NCBI GenBank assembly: GCA_013265495.1
Contig: MU057930.1
Span: 9,599 to 73,598 of the forward strand
Length of the DNA stretch: 64,000 bases
From: Vicugna vicugna
Lineage: Eukaryota
Reading direction: 5' to 3'
The position numbers and the translations under genes were made by a program. The notes beneath the pieces were generated by a model. That model was not told where the DNA came from. It did no database searches and worked only from the letters and a program-made list of their open reading frames with translations. Position 1 is the first letter of the stretch, and each line of letters opens with the position of its first letter. Positions 13,641-25,780 of this stretch are shown here, one piece after another.

Positions 13641-14199
13641 ACCCTCTCAGGACAAGAGTGGACAAGATGCAGACACGTCTTCCACCTCTGGAAGTCTGCA
13701 GGGAGACATGCGTTGACACTGAGTTCATCAGGCAAAGGAAAGTTCTTGAACAATTGTAACCATGAACCTGCCCTCTTGAACATGAGCAGGATAAATGCAC
13801 ATGACTTAGGTGGTTACCCTCCCCTCTCTCCCAGTAAAAGTTCAAACTCTGGTGTAAAATGGTCCTAATGGCTAGCATTTCCAGGCACCGTGATGACATT
13901 TGAAACAAAGTAACAGACACAGCAAGGACCTCAATCCATCAGAATGAGCGCCCTCAGCACATCATAGTTTCAGCCCCAGAGAGACACCAGAAGAAGCAAA
14001 CACGTATCTCCTCGGGAGGGACGCGCCTTCATTCAGGCACAAGGAAAAACAACGTTTCAAGTTTAAAGATTATGAAACCCATAAGGACTGAAGTCTCTGT
14101 GAGCAACTCCCAATGGGCATGAGATGCAGAGTAAACAGCAACAAAGATTTCAGATGTTTTCACGATCGCAGACAGAGGGTAGCCCAACTTACGCAGAGA

Positions 14200-14728
14200 A
14201 ATAAAAGCCAGCTTGATTGGAAGAAGACCCAAAAGGACTTCTACAAATGCGAGAAACAATCACTGAAATTTAAAACTCAGTGGATGGACTTAGAAGTAGG
14301 TAAGATAGAACTGAAGAGAGAATCAGTGAATTGGAAGACTAAATTTTCCAGAAGCCAGGACAGAGAGACATGAGAAATGAAAAACGTGAGAGCAATGTTA
14401 AGAAACAGAGAAGAAAACCTAACAATCGTCGAGAGCTCCAGAAAGCCAAGAGGAGAGGAACATGTGAACAGATGACGGTTGAGAATCAACGAGGCAGCAG
14501 CCCGCCAGCACACGAAATCAAAGTGATGTCAAGAATAACATTGAACACACATACAGACACACCACGAGGCATTTCAGACCACTGAAGACAAAGAGATCAT
14601 CTTAAAAGCAGCCAGAGAATCGAAGATGACATAGTCACCAAGGCTTGATGGGGAGGTTTGCAACTGATTTCTACCCAACAATGGAAGCCAGACATAGGAG
14701 AGAGAGAGGAATTAAAAGACTGTGGATT
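14200..14728 (+). mobile_element. Decayed old L1 ORF1 region
   Basis: ctgaagagagaatcagtgaattggaagac, aaagagatcatcttaaaagcagccagag and acaatggaagccaga are L1M ORF1 motifs; reading frame disrupted. Confidence 0.65.
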
Positions 14729-14743
14729 AAGAAAACCAATACA

Positions 14744-14898
14744 GGGGCGAGGGTATCGCTCAGTGGTAGAAAGCGTGCTTAGCATGTATGATGTCCTGCG
14801 TTCAATCCCTGGTACCTCCGTCAGAATCAATCCATCCATCCATCCATCCATCCATCCATCCACCTAATGACCTGCCCCTACAAAAAAAAGAAAAGAAA
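14744..14898 (+). mobile_element. tRNA-Ala-derived camelid SINE with (TCCA)n tail and TSD
   Basis: ggggcgagggtatcgctcagtggtagaaagcgtgcttagcatg; TSD aagaaaaccaataca (14729-14743) / aagaaagccaatata (14899-14913). Confidence 0.9.
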
Positions 14899-16948
14899 AA
14901 GAAAGCCAATATAACCCCCTTTGGAAGGGGTGAGAACACAAAGAGAAAAAAAGACATCAGAAAACGGTAACCATGTAGGCAGATCTACACAAATATTGAA
15001 CGTATAAAATGGTATCACTCATCTGTTGTATAAGGTCTGGGAGGACATGAGGAACCACATCTGAAATAAATGAGTGGTTGCCCAGGAAAACTTAACACGG
15101 GAAAAAAGTAAAGGCAAAGTGGACACATTTTATCCAAGTGACGCCATATTTAATAGTATGAATGTGTTCAGTGTTCATAAAATGGTAGTTTCATGGGCCA
15201 GATAAATGGTGATTCTTTATGACCACATGGGTCCATCTTGGTGCTGGGATGTTTGGGAATAAAATTTAGAGGATGTCTTCACTGACAGAGTGGACTCGGA
15301 AAGTCAAACGCCGGCAGGAGCCTGCAGCAAGTGGCATCCTCAGAGCCCTGAATGGACACCCCAGTCACCAGCCACCGGATGTGGCTGGTGTGTGCACACA
15401 CACCACACACACACAGACACAAAGGACAACCAGACCACTGACTTGTGAAACCCGGCACATATTGACTTTCAGATTGGCAGCCGGCTACCAGTCAACGCAG
15501 AAAGCCACTGAGTGCAAAAGTGACAAGATATGATGGACACATTGCTGGGTACGATAAAGAGGGTATTTTGGCTGCAAAGGCCAGGACTTCAAAAATAAAC
15601 GATGAGATTCTACTTGCCAGAGCAGGCTGCTCTGCGTGACGGGTTCTCTTTCCCTAAGTCTTTCTTCCTGTGATGGAATATTCTCTGCTGAATGGTCTTC
15701 GGTTGCCTCCCTGACAGGCTCGTTTACGTAAAGGATTAAGAGCAATGGGAGGTCATCACGACTCTACTTTTAGAGCTGGCTTGTCCACGGCTCAATTATT
15801 ATTATTATTACTTTAAAATCTACAATGCTTTCTTTTTTAAACATGAGAGATACAATCTGAAGATCCAATCTCCCTTCACAAAGTCAGCTTCACACAACTC
15901 ACATTCCTGTGTATATAGAGAACACAGAGACCCCCATTTCTCAACAAGGATGTTCAGACACAAGAACGCGCAGCCTCGGAGTCTCAACACTTGGGAGGGG
16001 AAGTGCATCAGAATAAATTTGCACACCTCTCAGGTCTCTTTTAATCACCCAGGACAATCATGTCAGGACAGATGGAAAACAGTCAACTTCCATCTTTGAA
16101 AATTTAGTTTTGAAGGCTGTGCACTGTCTGGGGAATAAATCATTTCTCAGCAGAAGTATCCTCCCAGGTGGGGAGGAATTTTTGTTTCTACCGTGATTTT
16201 TCACGTCCGTTTATCTGAACATTGAGACTGATTATTTTCTGGTTAAAACTTCAGAAAAATAATGGGAAGTGAAAGGAAAATGTATAAAAAGTGGATGAAT
16301 CCTGAGTTTGATTTCCATCACTTCTTTGGAAAATAACTGAAAAGTTGTCACTGCTTTACTAAGTCCACTGATAGTTCTCTGTATAAGTAAATACACCTAA
16401 TTACCTCCCCTTAATTAAAAATTTTTTTTTAAAAATAAAACTAATATAAAAAAAAAAGACTGAAAAAGAAGTATATAGATACGTTAACCGCTGTGCTGGG
16501 CATCTGTGGTCAAACCAGAAGGTTCACGGAGTAGGTGGTATAGTAACTACACCTCTTTTACGATGGATAAGTTCTGCTAGTCACAGCCAGACTAGGATGA
16601 GGGAAGCAAGGCTTCTGGGCATATTTAAGGAGGACACGGTATGGGTCAGAGAGAGAGAGAGAGAGAGCATATTCTCCAAATGTTGCATCCTGGGTGTGTT
16701 AATTTTGCTCAGTCTTGCTTCTGATCCAGCAGAGATGAGAAATACAGAAAAAGATCGCTGCCTCGGAGCATAAACCCAACCTGCACACTCCTTGTTATGT
16801 TGAAACCCTTGAATGGTGGCATTACTGCCAGAGAAAACTTAATTTCCTGTAGACTGTAGGCTCCTTCAGAAAAAGGACGACGAATTCCTTGTCTCTCTGC
16901 TCTGCGCAGTCTGTATCTTCTTGTTTGACAGGACCTCAGCGGCCAGCA

Positions 16949-17024
16949 GAGGGACTGGGGATGGAACCCAGGACCTTGTGCATGCTAGGCACACACTCTA
17001 CCACTGAGCTATAACTCCCTCCCC
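16949..17024 (-). mobile_element. tRNA-Ala-derived camelid SINE
   Basis: Reverse complement of the SINE head: ctggggatggaacccaggaccttgtgcatgctaggcacacactctaccactgagctataactccc. Confidence 0.85.
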
Positions 17025-17629
17025 TTTTTTTTAGTTTTTAATATTTTTAAAAAAGTTTGCATTGATATCTTTACTATTCCCAATTCCCTAAAACACTTCT
17101 CATGAAGATCTACATATTTCAATTTTTATAACTTTAATCTGTGGACACCTTCTAAGAGATGCTTCTACACATCCTGTAATTCAAACCCACAAACACACGT
17201 AGCAGGTGAACACAGGCATTTAGAGATGAGAGGTGAGGCGCCCAGGTGAGAGGGGAGGTGTGACAGTTCTGACGGACACGTGGCAGGGACTCCTGAGTGT
17301 GGGTCGCCAGCCTGAGGTGACGTGGCTGTTTACTGTGGTCCTCGGAGCCATCGTGCACACTGTACGCCTTGCTTTAAGCTAAACAATGTTGATTGGCTCT
17401 TCCCGAGTGTGATACACACCCACACTCGATAAATATTGCCCAGGTATTGGTCTGTGATTCCCCAGTGGTTTACAAGCAGTGCTCAAAAAAGTGTCAACAC
17501 CCGAGGCACCATTTCCCATCAGAAGTTAGCCTGTACGATGTTGGAGGAGCAGGTGTATTCCGACCCAATGAGCTCTGTCAGCCTGGCTCTATGTCCTAGA
17601 CACGTGCTTCAAATAGCATGGCTGGCTGT

Positions 17630-17880
17630 AGTGAACCCACTTAAATTTGAATTTCATGATAAAAAACAAATACATGTTCTTTAGTACAATTATGTCCCAA
17701 CAGTAGCGTGGGGCATACTGACACTAAATAAACTATTTCTCTCAGATACTTACATGGGACCTACTTATACTAAACTACTGTTTATTGTTTATCATGCAAT
17801 ATTTGGTATATTTAGGTGAAAAAATGTTATTTATATAAAATTCAAATCTAACTGGCATCTTACAATTTAATCTGGTGACT
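17630..17880. mobile_element. MER53-like palindromic MITE
   Basis: ttaaatttgaatttca...tatgtcccaa...catgggacctacttatactaaa...aaattcaaatctaactgg; inverted-repeat arms. Confidence 0.7.
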
Positions 17881-18291
17881 CCACTTCCAAAGCCACAGCC
17901 TGAAGTTAGGGGCAGGAAGAGAAGGGATAAAGACAGTGGGATTATCAACAAAATGCAAAAAGTCCACACAGCGTGACAAAGCAGTCCTGTGATGGGGGTT
18001 TATTCTAATCAAATAATGCAGATGTGGGGAGGGGAGGCGGGGTGCCCAAGGCTGGCGACTTCAGCATTACTGTACAAGGGATCTGGTAAAGTGTACTTCT
18101 TCATTTGCTAAAACAGCCGGATGGGGGAAAACCACACACAACAATGCCACGAGTTAACATTCAATTCAACAGTAGAGCACTGTAATTACAAATGCGTTTG
18201 CACATCAATAATTACTAAAGAAAAGACTCAGAATGACAGGGCAATTAGATTATGTGTGGGGAATGTTTTATTTTTATATTTATGCCAACAT

Positions 18292-18735
18292 TATTGTATT
18301 ACGTTTCTCCAGAGAAGGTAAACCAACAGGGTGTGTGTGCATGCAAAGAGAGAGAGAGACAGAGAGACAGATTTGTTTTAATAATTACAGGGGCTAACTA
18401 GTCCAAAATCTGCAGGGTAGACCGAGAGATGTCTAAAAAAATAGTTTATTTATTTATTATGGAGACCCAGGAAAGAGATGATGTTGCAGTTCAAGTCCAA
18501 AGTATGTCTGCCACAAAGCTCCCTCTTGCTCTGGGGAGGTCAGTCTTTTGTTCTAGTCAGGGCCTTCAACTGATTTGGCGAGGCCCACCTACATTACAGA
18601 GAGCAATCTGCTTTCCTCGAAGTCCAACCATTTAAGTTAATTTCATCCATAAACAACCCCCACAGAAGCATCCAGAATAATGTCTCAGCACACATCCAAG
18701 CACCATAGCCAAGCCAAGCTGACATATAAAATCAA
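18292..18735 (-). mobile_element. ERVL LTR (MLT2-like)
   Basis: ttctccagagaaggtaaaccaacagg, ccttcaactgatttggcgaggcccacctacatt, gccaagctgacatataaaatcaa. Confidence 0.75.
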
Positions 18736-19604
18736 TCCAAGTATTATTACTAAAATGGATAGATGGGGGGAGAAAAAGGAAAAGTAACTGTGGAGCAGGC
18801 AGAATGCACTATTTTTCAAAGCAGCCGGACGAAGAAAGGGGCTGATATAGATGGGAAAGCATGTGCAGGCAACACCAGGTCAGAGCAAGCTCTTGTGAGA
18901 TGGGCGAGTCTGTCATGTTCGTGGGCCAGGAGTATGAGATCAAGGGAAGGATTTCAAATGATGACCCCTCTTGTCAACCTGAAGGCAGGAGCTGCTGTGA
19001 TGTGATGGCAGAATGAGACATCCCACGTGGAAAACTGCCAGTTGTCCCCTGTGCCCAGTTTGGCCTTCACTCTGGGACACGGGCCTCACACTCTGGTTCC
19101 AACACTGATGACATCTGATCCAAGCCCGTCTGAAATAGGTGTGTGTTTGCTACCAGAAAAGAACCCCGTCAATATAAAAGAACCCCAGTCATACCGCAGG
19201 TTAAAGTGCAGACCTCAGGGGTGTTATCCAGGCCAACCTTCCCCAAGAGCTCAAGGGCATCATTCATTCATTCAACAAACACTGCTGCATGATCACCATG
19301 TCTTGCCGGCTCCTTTATTTTTATATCCCTTGAGTCTCCTGCAGTATTAACATCCAGAATTTCACGCTATTGATAAGTCAAACAAAGAAATGGATAAATG
19401 ACTAACTTCTCTGCCCCAACTCCCTTACTAAATCCTGAGCAGGAACTCTGGGCTGAGCCTTGGTCACTTCACACAGTGACCAAAACAGATTTCTGGTATT
19501 TGCTGTGTTTCATAAGACTCAAACCAAAGATCTTCCATAACCCAACACTAAAGTGTACATGAATTATTTTGTGAGATGACCTCCATAGTTTATTAGTAAA
19601 AAAG

Positions 19605-19788
19605 TATCATCATCATCACCTTTATCATGTCATCATCTTCACTATCATCTTCATCCCATTTCACCAGCACCATCATCACCACCTTCACTGTCACTGTCAC
19701 TATCACCTTCATCACCACCATTATCATGACCCTTATCATCACAGTCACCTTCACCACCATCACCACCATCATCACCGCCATCATCCTG
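19605..19788. repeat. Degenerate (CAT/CAC)n trinucleotide repeat
   Basis: catcatcatcacc...catcaccaccatcatcacc seen directly. Confidence 0.9.
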
Positions 19789-20864
19789 AGAATCTCAATT
19801 CCCCCACAATGAGTCAGCAGCAGTGCCACTTAGCTCCCTGAGAAACAGTCAGGACCGAAAGAACTGGTTCCTTCTTTTCTCTGTCCCAGAAAAACAGTCA
19901 TCTGATTGGTGTTTTCCTCTGGGCAGTGGAGCAACCTTGGTGGCCTAAAAACTACAAAAAGTGATGGTCGAACCACCTCGTGAGACAGCCTCTATGTGGC
20001 CTCATAACAAACTGGTCCCAGTTTGGCCCTCCTGTGATCTCCAGTGCAGCGTCAGTCCCCCTACATTCATCTGTTGTGTGTGAATCCATGGCTCCAGGGG
20101 AACCGGTGAACAAAAACTGAACTCCATATGGTCTCTCTCCTTTAGCTTCCCTTCAGCAAGTACTGGAGGAGCTTCCTCTTCTGAAAAAGTGCAGGCATAG
20201 CAGTGTTCATTTCTGTCGCTTGGCCCTTCCGGGGAAAATGACAGGAGTTAAGAATGAGCCATGTCTGGTAGGGCCATCTGGAAGCTGAAACAGGCACATG
20301 GCCCCATCCACTAATTTTGAAATGGTGACTTTAGAGGGGCCGCATGCATCTGTGACACTGGACTCAGATGTAAGTCAGAGGAGGGAGCAACCAAAATTGT
20401 GCTCGGGAAAAGAGCTGGGGGAGGAATTGAAAACCACGCTGTTTATTTAGATCAGACATGGCTGCAAGTGACTGGACCCGACGCGGAAGTCTTCCCAGGG
20501 CCCGTGGAAGAGCAAGCAGAAATCAAGGGTGCCACGTCCGCCAGTTAGTCCTGAGCTGCTGTGGCCGACGGTTGCAGTTTGGCCCCATTAACGAGGGTTG
20601 GCCGTGTATTCTTGGCGACGTTAGAGCTTGAGACCCAGGCTTCACTGCACCTGGGAGGTCGGCCCAGCTGACAGCAGTGACTCATCCAGGCCAGCCTGAG
20701 GCTCCACAGGTTCAAACAGCTATCAGACCAGATGAATGGCGTCAGGCTGCCAGGCGACACGGCCAGGTGTCTGCCCAGGTGGATGGAGCCTGGGAAAAGG
20801 AAACCAGGCAAGGAAATTTTGGAAAATGAGGCAGGGTGACTTTTGCCATTGGGATAAGCCATGC

Positions 20865-21300
20865 TTCCATCCAACTGTCCACCCACCCATCTGTTGACCA
20901 TCCATACATCTACCCATCCATCCATCCATCCATCCACCATCCATCCATTCACATATTTATCCACTTATGCAACATCCATCCACTCATTCACCCACTTAGA
21001 CTCTTCCATCCACACATCCAACCATCCATCCATCCACCCGTACATTCACCCATCCACTGATCCACTATCCATCCATCCATTTTTCATCCACTTACCCATC
21101 CATCCAACCATCCATCCATCCACCATCCATCCATTCGCATATTTATCCACTTATGCAACATCCATCCACTCATTCACCCACTTAGACTCTTCCATCCACA
21201 CATCCAACCATCCATCCATCCACTCATCCACTGATCCACTATCCATCCATCCATTTTTCATCCACTTACCCATCCACCCATCCATCCATCCATCCATGCA
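20865..21300. repeat. (TCCA)n-derived array with 186-bp higher-order duplication
   Basis: Block starting caccatccatccattc at 20935 recurs at 21121 with the same interruptions. Confidence 0.95.
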
Positions 21301-22189
21301 TCCGACAAGCATGCATGATGTATGACTAACTGCCTCAGCCTTGGGACCACAGAAGCATAGAGCTACGGTCCACTCAGCAGAACTTCAGGCACCTCTCACT
21401 TAGGAGAATGATGGATCACAGAAAGCAGGGTGGACGCAGCACCCGGTGATCAGCACCAAGGCACCCCGCTCTCACGCAGCCTAACGAGACAAGAGACATC
21501 ATTTCCCCTCCTCCACGAAGGTGCTGGTAACGAGGAGGGCTCTCCCCACGGTCAGCCGTAAAGCTCCCTCATTCACGGCCACCCTGATCTCGGGACTAAT
21601 GTGGACGTGGGCTTCTGAACGGAGATGCAGGGAGGGAGCAGTGAAGGACTCTGGGTAAAGATAAGGGCAGGGATGAGGTGAATGAAATCGAAGGGTGAAG
21701 GCTAAAGATAAGAGGCAGAGGTGACACGGACGTGGAAGGTGGCTGGAACGCGTGTAGCCTTTGCACCGATGAAGAGCGCGAGAAGAATACTGAAGGCAGA
21801 GGGGAATTTCAGAAGAGCACAATGGTTATTCGTGAGGGGCTGGTTCAAGGAACGAAAGCCGAAGACAGTAATTAACCATGAGCACCTTGTTCGAGGAGCA
21901 ACGGGGATCTGCAGGGCTGCTGCAGGACACACGGCGGGTCGTGCTTGGACGGGTGATCTGGGGCGAACTCTGAGGATAGGCAGCCTTGACCCGGTGGCCA
22001 AGGGCTTTGGCTCCCCGGCCATGGGAGACTGATGGGGTGCAAGGTCGCTCTTCTCCATCACCCGGACTCCAGTGGGGAGAGACTGGAAGTGGGGGAACCC
22101 GTGAGGAGACCCTGAGTATCGCTGAGCTTTGGAGAGAACTGCTCACAGTGGGAGGATGACAACAGGGAAGCCAACTTCAGGACAGGTGT

Positions 22190-22860
22190 CAAAAGAAGGC
22201 GGGCGAGCAAGGGCGCGTGACATTCACGAACGTTTCGGAATCGCTCACGGCGAGCAGGGCTTGGGTGGGTTCTCATGACTGGTCTCTGAAGACGCCGTTG
22301 TGTTTCTAAGATGGAATAAACTGACGGACTGTACGAGCGACAGAGAGAGGCATCAACGCTGTGATTCAAAGTACGATGTGAACGAGAGTGAGAGATCTCC
22401 TGAGAAAGCGAGACGTACCCACGAGGACGTGCCGGGGGAACCCGAGCCTTCTGTGCGAAGGCGACCCCTTCCGTCGCCCGGCCTGCGGGGGCAGCAGAAG
22501 GCGGCCGGCCCCGTCCGACCGGCTCCCCGGCAGCGCGGCCGTGGGGCGGGGAGGGGCGGCGGGGCCGNNNNNNNNNNNNNNNNNNNNNNNNNNNNNNNNN
22601 NNNNNNNNNNNNNNNNNNNNNNNNNNNNNNNNNNNNNNNGGGGCGGCGGGGCCGGGCCGGCACCGCCCCGCACGCGAGGCGCCGGCCTCCCCGGCCCCCA
22701 GGCTGGGCCGCCAGCGCTCGGGGACTTCGCTGCAGGCGTGCTGACGTCCGTGCGCGGACAGTGTGACGCCCGGGAGCTGAGGCGTTGGGACGCGGTTTCT
22801 GGGACCGAACGCTCCCCGAGTTACCAGCCAGCAGCCGCCGGAGTACGTGGAGTTTTAATC
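22190..22860. promoter_or_regulatory. CpG island, promoter-like, containing an assembly gap
   Basis: Very high GC and CpG content, GC boxes (ggggcgggg), G-runs and a CRE-like tgacgtc at ~22742; no recognisable gene attached. Confidence 0.6.
22568..22639. other. Assembly gap (72 N)
   Basis: Run of N in the sequence. Confidence 1.
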
Positions 22861-24449
22861 GAATCTGTCTTACAGACAGAACTTTCACACTTCGAGGTAA
22901 TACATGAGAGGAAAATATGGTTCCAATTTTATAGAATTTGGCAAGCCCAAACTTAGAGCACAGGGATTTTTATGTCCTCGAGTATTAAGTGATAACTAGG
23001 CCGCCTGGTTACCCTCCCCCCACGCTCCCACCACACACACAGACACGCCGCCCACTCCATGTGAATCCTGTCCACCTTCCTGGTCCAGATAAAGTTCGAG
23101 CCATCACTCTCCTTTCCTAGGTCCTGTGGTTCTTGTCTTCTCTATCACACGCTGAGCAGACGCGTTGTACGCATTTTCGCGCGCGCGTGTGTAATGTGTC
23201 TCCAGGGTTGAACAGGCTGACTTTGTTTTGCTAATGCCTGGAGACGAACACTCTGCAGGCTTCTGTACGGTGGGTTATCTCACAGCTCTAAGACTCTGAT
23301 AGTCACCGTGAACCCCTAACGAAAGGGAAGTCTATAACAAGAAGTCTCTTCAGCATCTATAGGTGGAGTCTTCTGACGTGTGCCAGCCAGCTCTCCAATT
23401 GAGTTTTCTATGGTAAGAATTTTGGGGCGATCCGGCATAAAACATAGAAAGGAGGTCCCCAAGGACTGTCCTTTGGGAGAGCCCCTCTGTCTGTACCTGG
23501 GAGAAGGGTGCCCAGCCTTGGGGCAGAGTCTGTTCTGCCGCCCACGTCCCTCCTCCCCTCCCCTCGTGGTAATGAGAGTGTTTGCTGGACATCTGGTTGC
23601 CCACAACACGGCTCACTGCCCATCCTCCCTTGAAACCACGTGGCCAGGACCCAGTTCCACACCATGTGTTCGCCTTTCTTCTTTATCCCATTCACACTTT
23701 CCTCTAGGTTGGACCAGAAGGACAAGTGCACCTTGGACCATGAGATAACCCTGGGACCAGAAGCCACACACCACAAGTAGAGCAACAAAAAGAGGGCTTG
23801 GGGTCCTGATTGAAGAAGTAACACACTGACCCTGAATGTTAGTTAGGGGAAAGAAAAGAAACACTATTATCTGTGTAAGCCACTGCTATTTGGGGTTTCC
23901 CATCATTCACAACCAAATCCAGAGCTAACTCGTCCAAGCACCTCCTTGCTTGGGGGAAGGAAGACCCCACAGCAGGGACAGAACTTTTTGACTATATCTC
24001 AATTATGCCACCCAGTCCTACTCAGCTTCCATAGACACAAAATTTTCTCATCCTATGTTAGCTCCCCTTGAAGACTGCATCCATGCAGAGGGTGCAGACA
24101 CCCCAGCCTGACCAGTGGAGTATCTCTTACACCAAATTGAAGAGTAGCGAATTGTTTACAAGTTGGTCCCTTGTAAGTGGGGAGACCATGAACCTACCCC
24201 AGGGTGACCTTGCCAACTGCAGTTTCTGAGTTTCCAAAGCTGATGGCTGGATGCTGGTTTGTGATGCGCTTGGCTTGGCCAGGTGTCACCGTATGTCAAT
24301 ATCTTGGCTGGAAAGCATCCAGGATTTCATTGATATTGCATTGAGTTAACTCATGTTACATTTAATTGCATTGGGATTTGAATCAAATGGACTTACTAGT
24401 AAGAACAGTGGGATTCCTGACCGGATGTGGAAACCTGGAGGGCAAAGCA

Positions 24450-25330
24450 AAATGATGACGATGGCGGCAGTGGTGGTGGTGATACTGATGATTATGATGA
24501 TGGTGATGATGGTGACGGTGATGGTGATGATGGCAATGATGGTGATGATGATGATGGTGTTGATGATGGTGGTGATGGTGGTGATGATGGTGATGATGGC
24601 AGTGGTGATGATGGTGATGATGGTGATGATGGCGGTGGTGGTGATGATGGTGATGATGGTGACGGTGATGGTGATGATGGTGGTGATGGTGGTGATGATG
24701 GTGATGATGGCGGTGGTGATGATGGTGATGATGGCGGTGGTGATGATGGTGATGGTGGTGATGATGGTGGTGACGGTGATCGTGATGGTGATGATGGTGG
24801 TGATGGTGGTGATGGTGGTGATGATGGCGGTGGTGATGACGGCGGTGGTGATGGTGGTGATGGTGGTGATAATGGTGATGATGGCGGTGGTGATGATGGT
24901 GATGATGGTGATGATGGCAGTGGTGATGATGGTGATGGTGGTGATGATGGCGGTGGTGATGATGGCGATGGTGATGGTGGTGGTGGTGGTGACGGTGATG
25001 GTGGTGATGATGGTGGTGGTGGTGACGGTGATCGTGATGGTGATGATGGTGATGATGGTGGTGATGGTGGTGATGATGGCGGTGGTGATGATGGCGATGG
25101 TGATGGTGATGGTGGTGATGGTGGTGATAGTGGTGATGATGGTGGTGATGGCGGTGGTGATGGTGGTGATGATGGCGGTGGTGATGATGGCGGTGGTGAT
25201 GGTGGTGATGGTGGTGATAATGGTGATGATGGTGATGGTGGTGATGGCGGTGGTGATGGTGATTGTGATGATGGCGGTGGTGAGGATGGTGATGGTCATC
25301 ATGTTGGTGATGGTGATGATTATGATGTTA
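24450..25330. repeat. ~880-bp (GAT/GGT/GGC)n trinucleotide array
   Basis: Seen directly; produces artefactual poly-G/D, poly-M/V and poly-T/I ORFs. Confidence 0.98.
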
Positions 25331-25609
25331 AGTGCAGACTAGTACATACTGACTCCGAAGTGACAACTTCAAATCAAGTTGGTATTTATAGAAAAGATCT
25401 TAAGAAGACCCTTAAAAGGTCTTAAGAAGAGTCTGTGGCTAGAGATAAAATTCTGAAAGTCATTTGCATGGCAGAATTAGAGGACTGAAACTCTGAAGCC
25501 AAATCCATTCTCCAAGACAAACATTGTCATAACGGAGCTGATAATTCCTGAGACTTCAGCAAGTCAGTCCTGGCTGTGAGTTACATGGAGTCACTCACTC
25601 AGTCTGCAC

Positions 25610-25780
25610 CAAAATCCTATGTGTTGGGCACTGTGATTGTCCCAATCTACAGATACATGTGGGAGGCACAGAGGTTGACAAATGTGCCCAAGGTCACAAA
25701 GACAGTCTGGGAGACAGAGTAGGACAGGTTTGGGAGATCCGAACCCAAATACTAATGGTCTCAGGATTTGAATGCAAGGA
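25610..25780 (-). mobile_element. MIR fragment
   Basis: cccaatctacagat...gaggcacagaggttgacaaatgtgcccaaggtcaca...ggatttgaatgcaag. Confidence 0.6.

Noticed and set aside
22058..22956. ORFs of 276 and 218 aa across the CpG island
   Set aside because: They run through the N gap and GC-rich, stop-poor sequence; no recognisable protein.
24346..25425. Three ORFs of 318-332 aa (poly-T/I, poly-M/V, poly-G/D)
   Set aside because: All are readings of one stop-free trinucleotide array; no domain or splice context supports coding.
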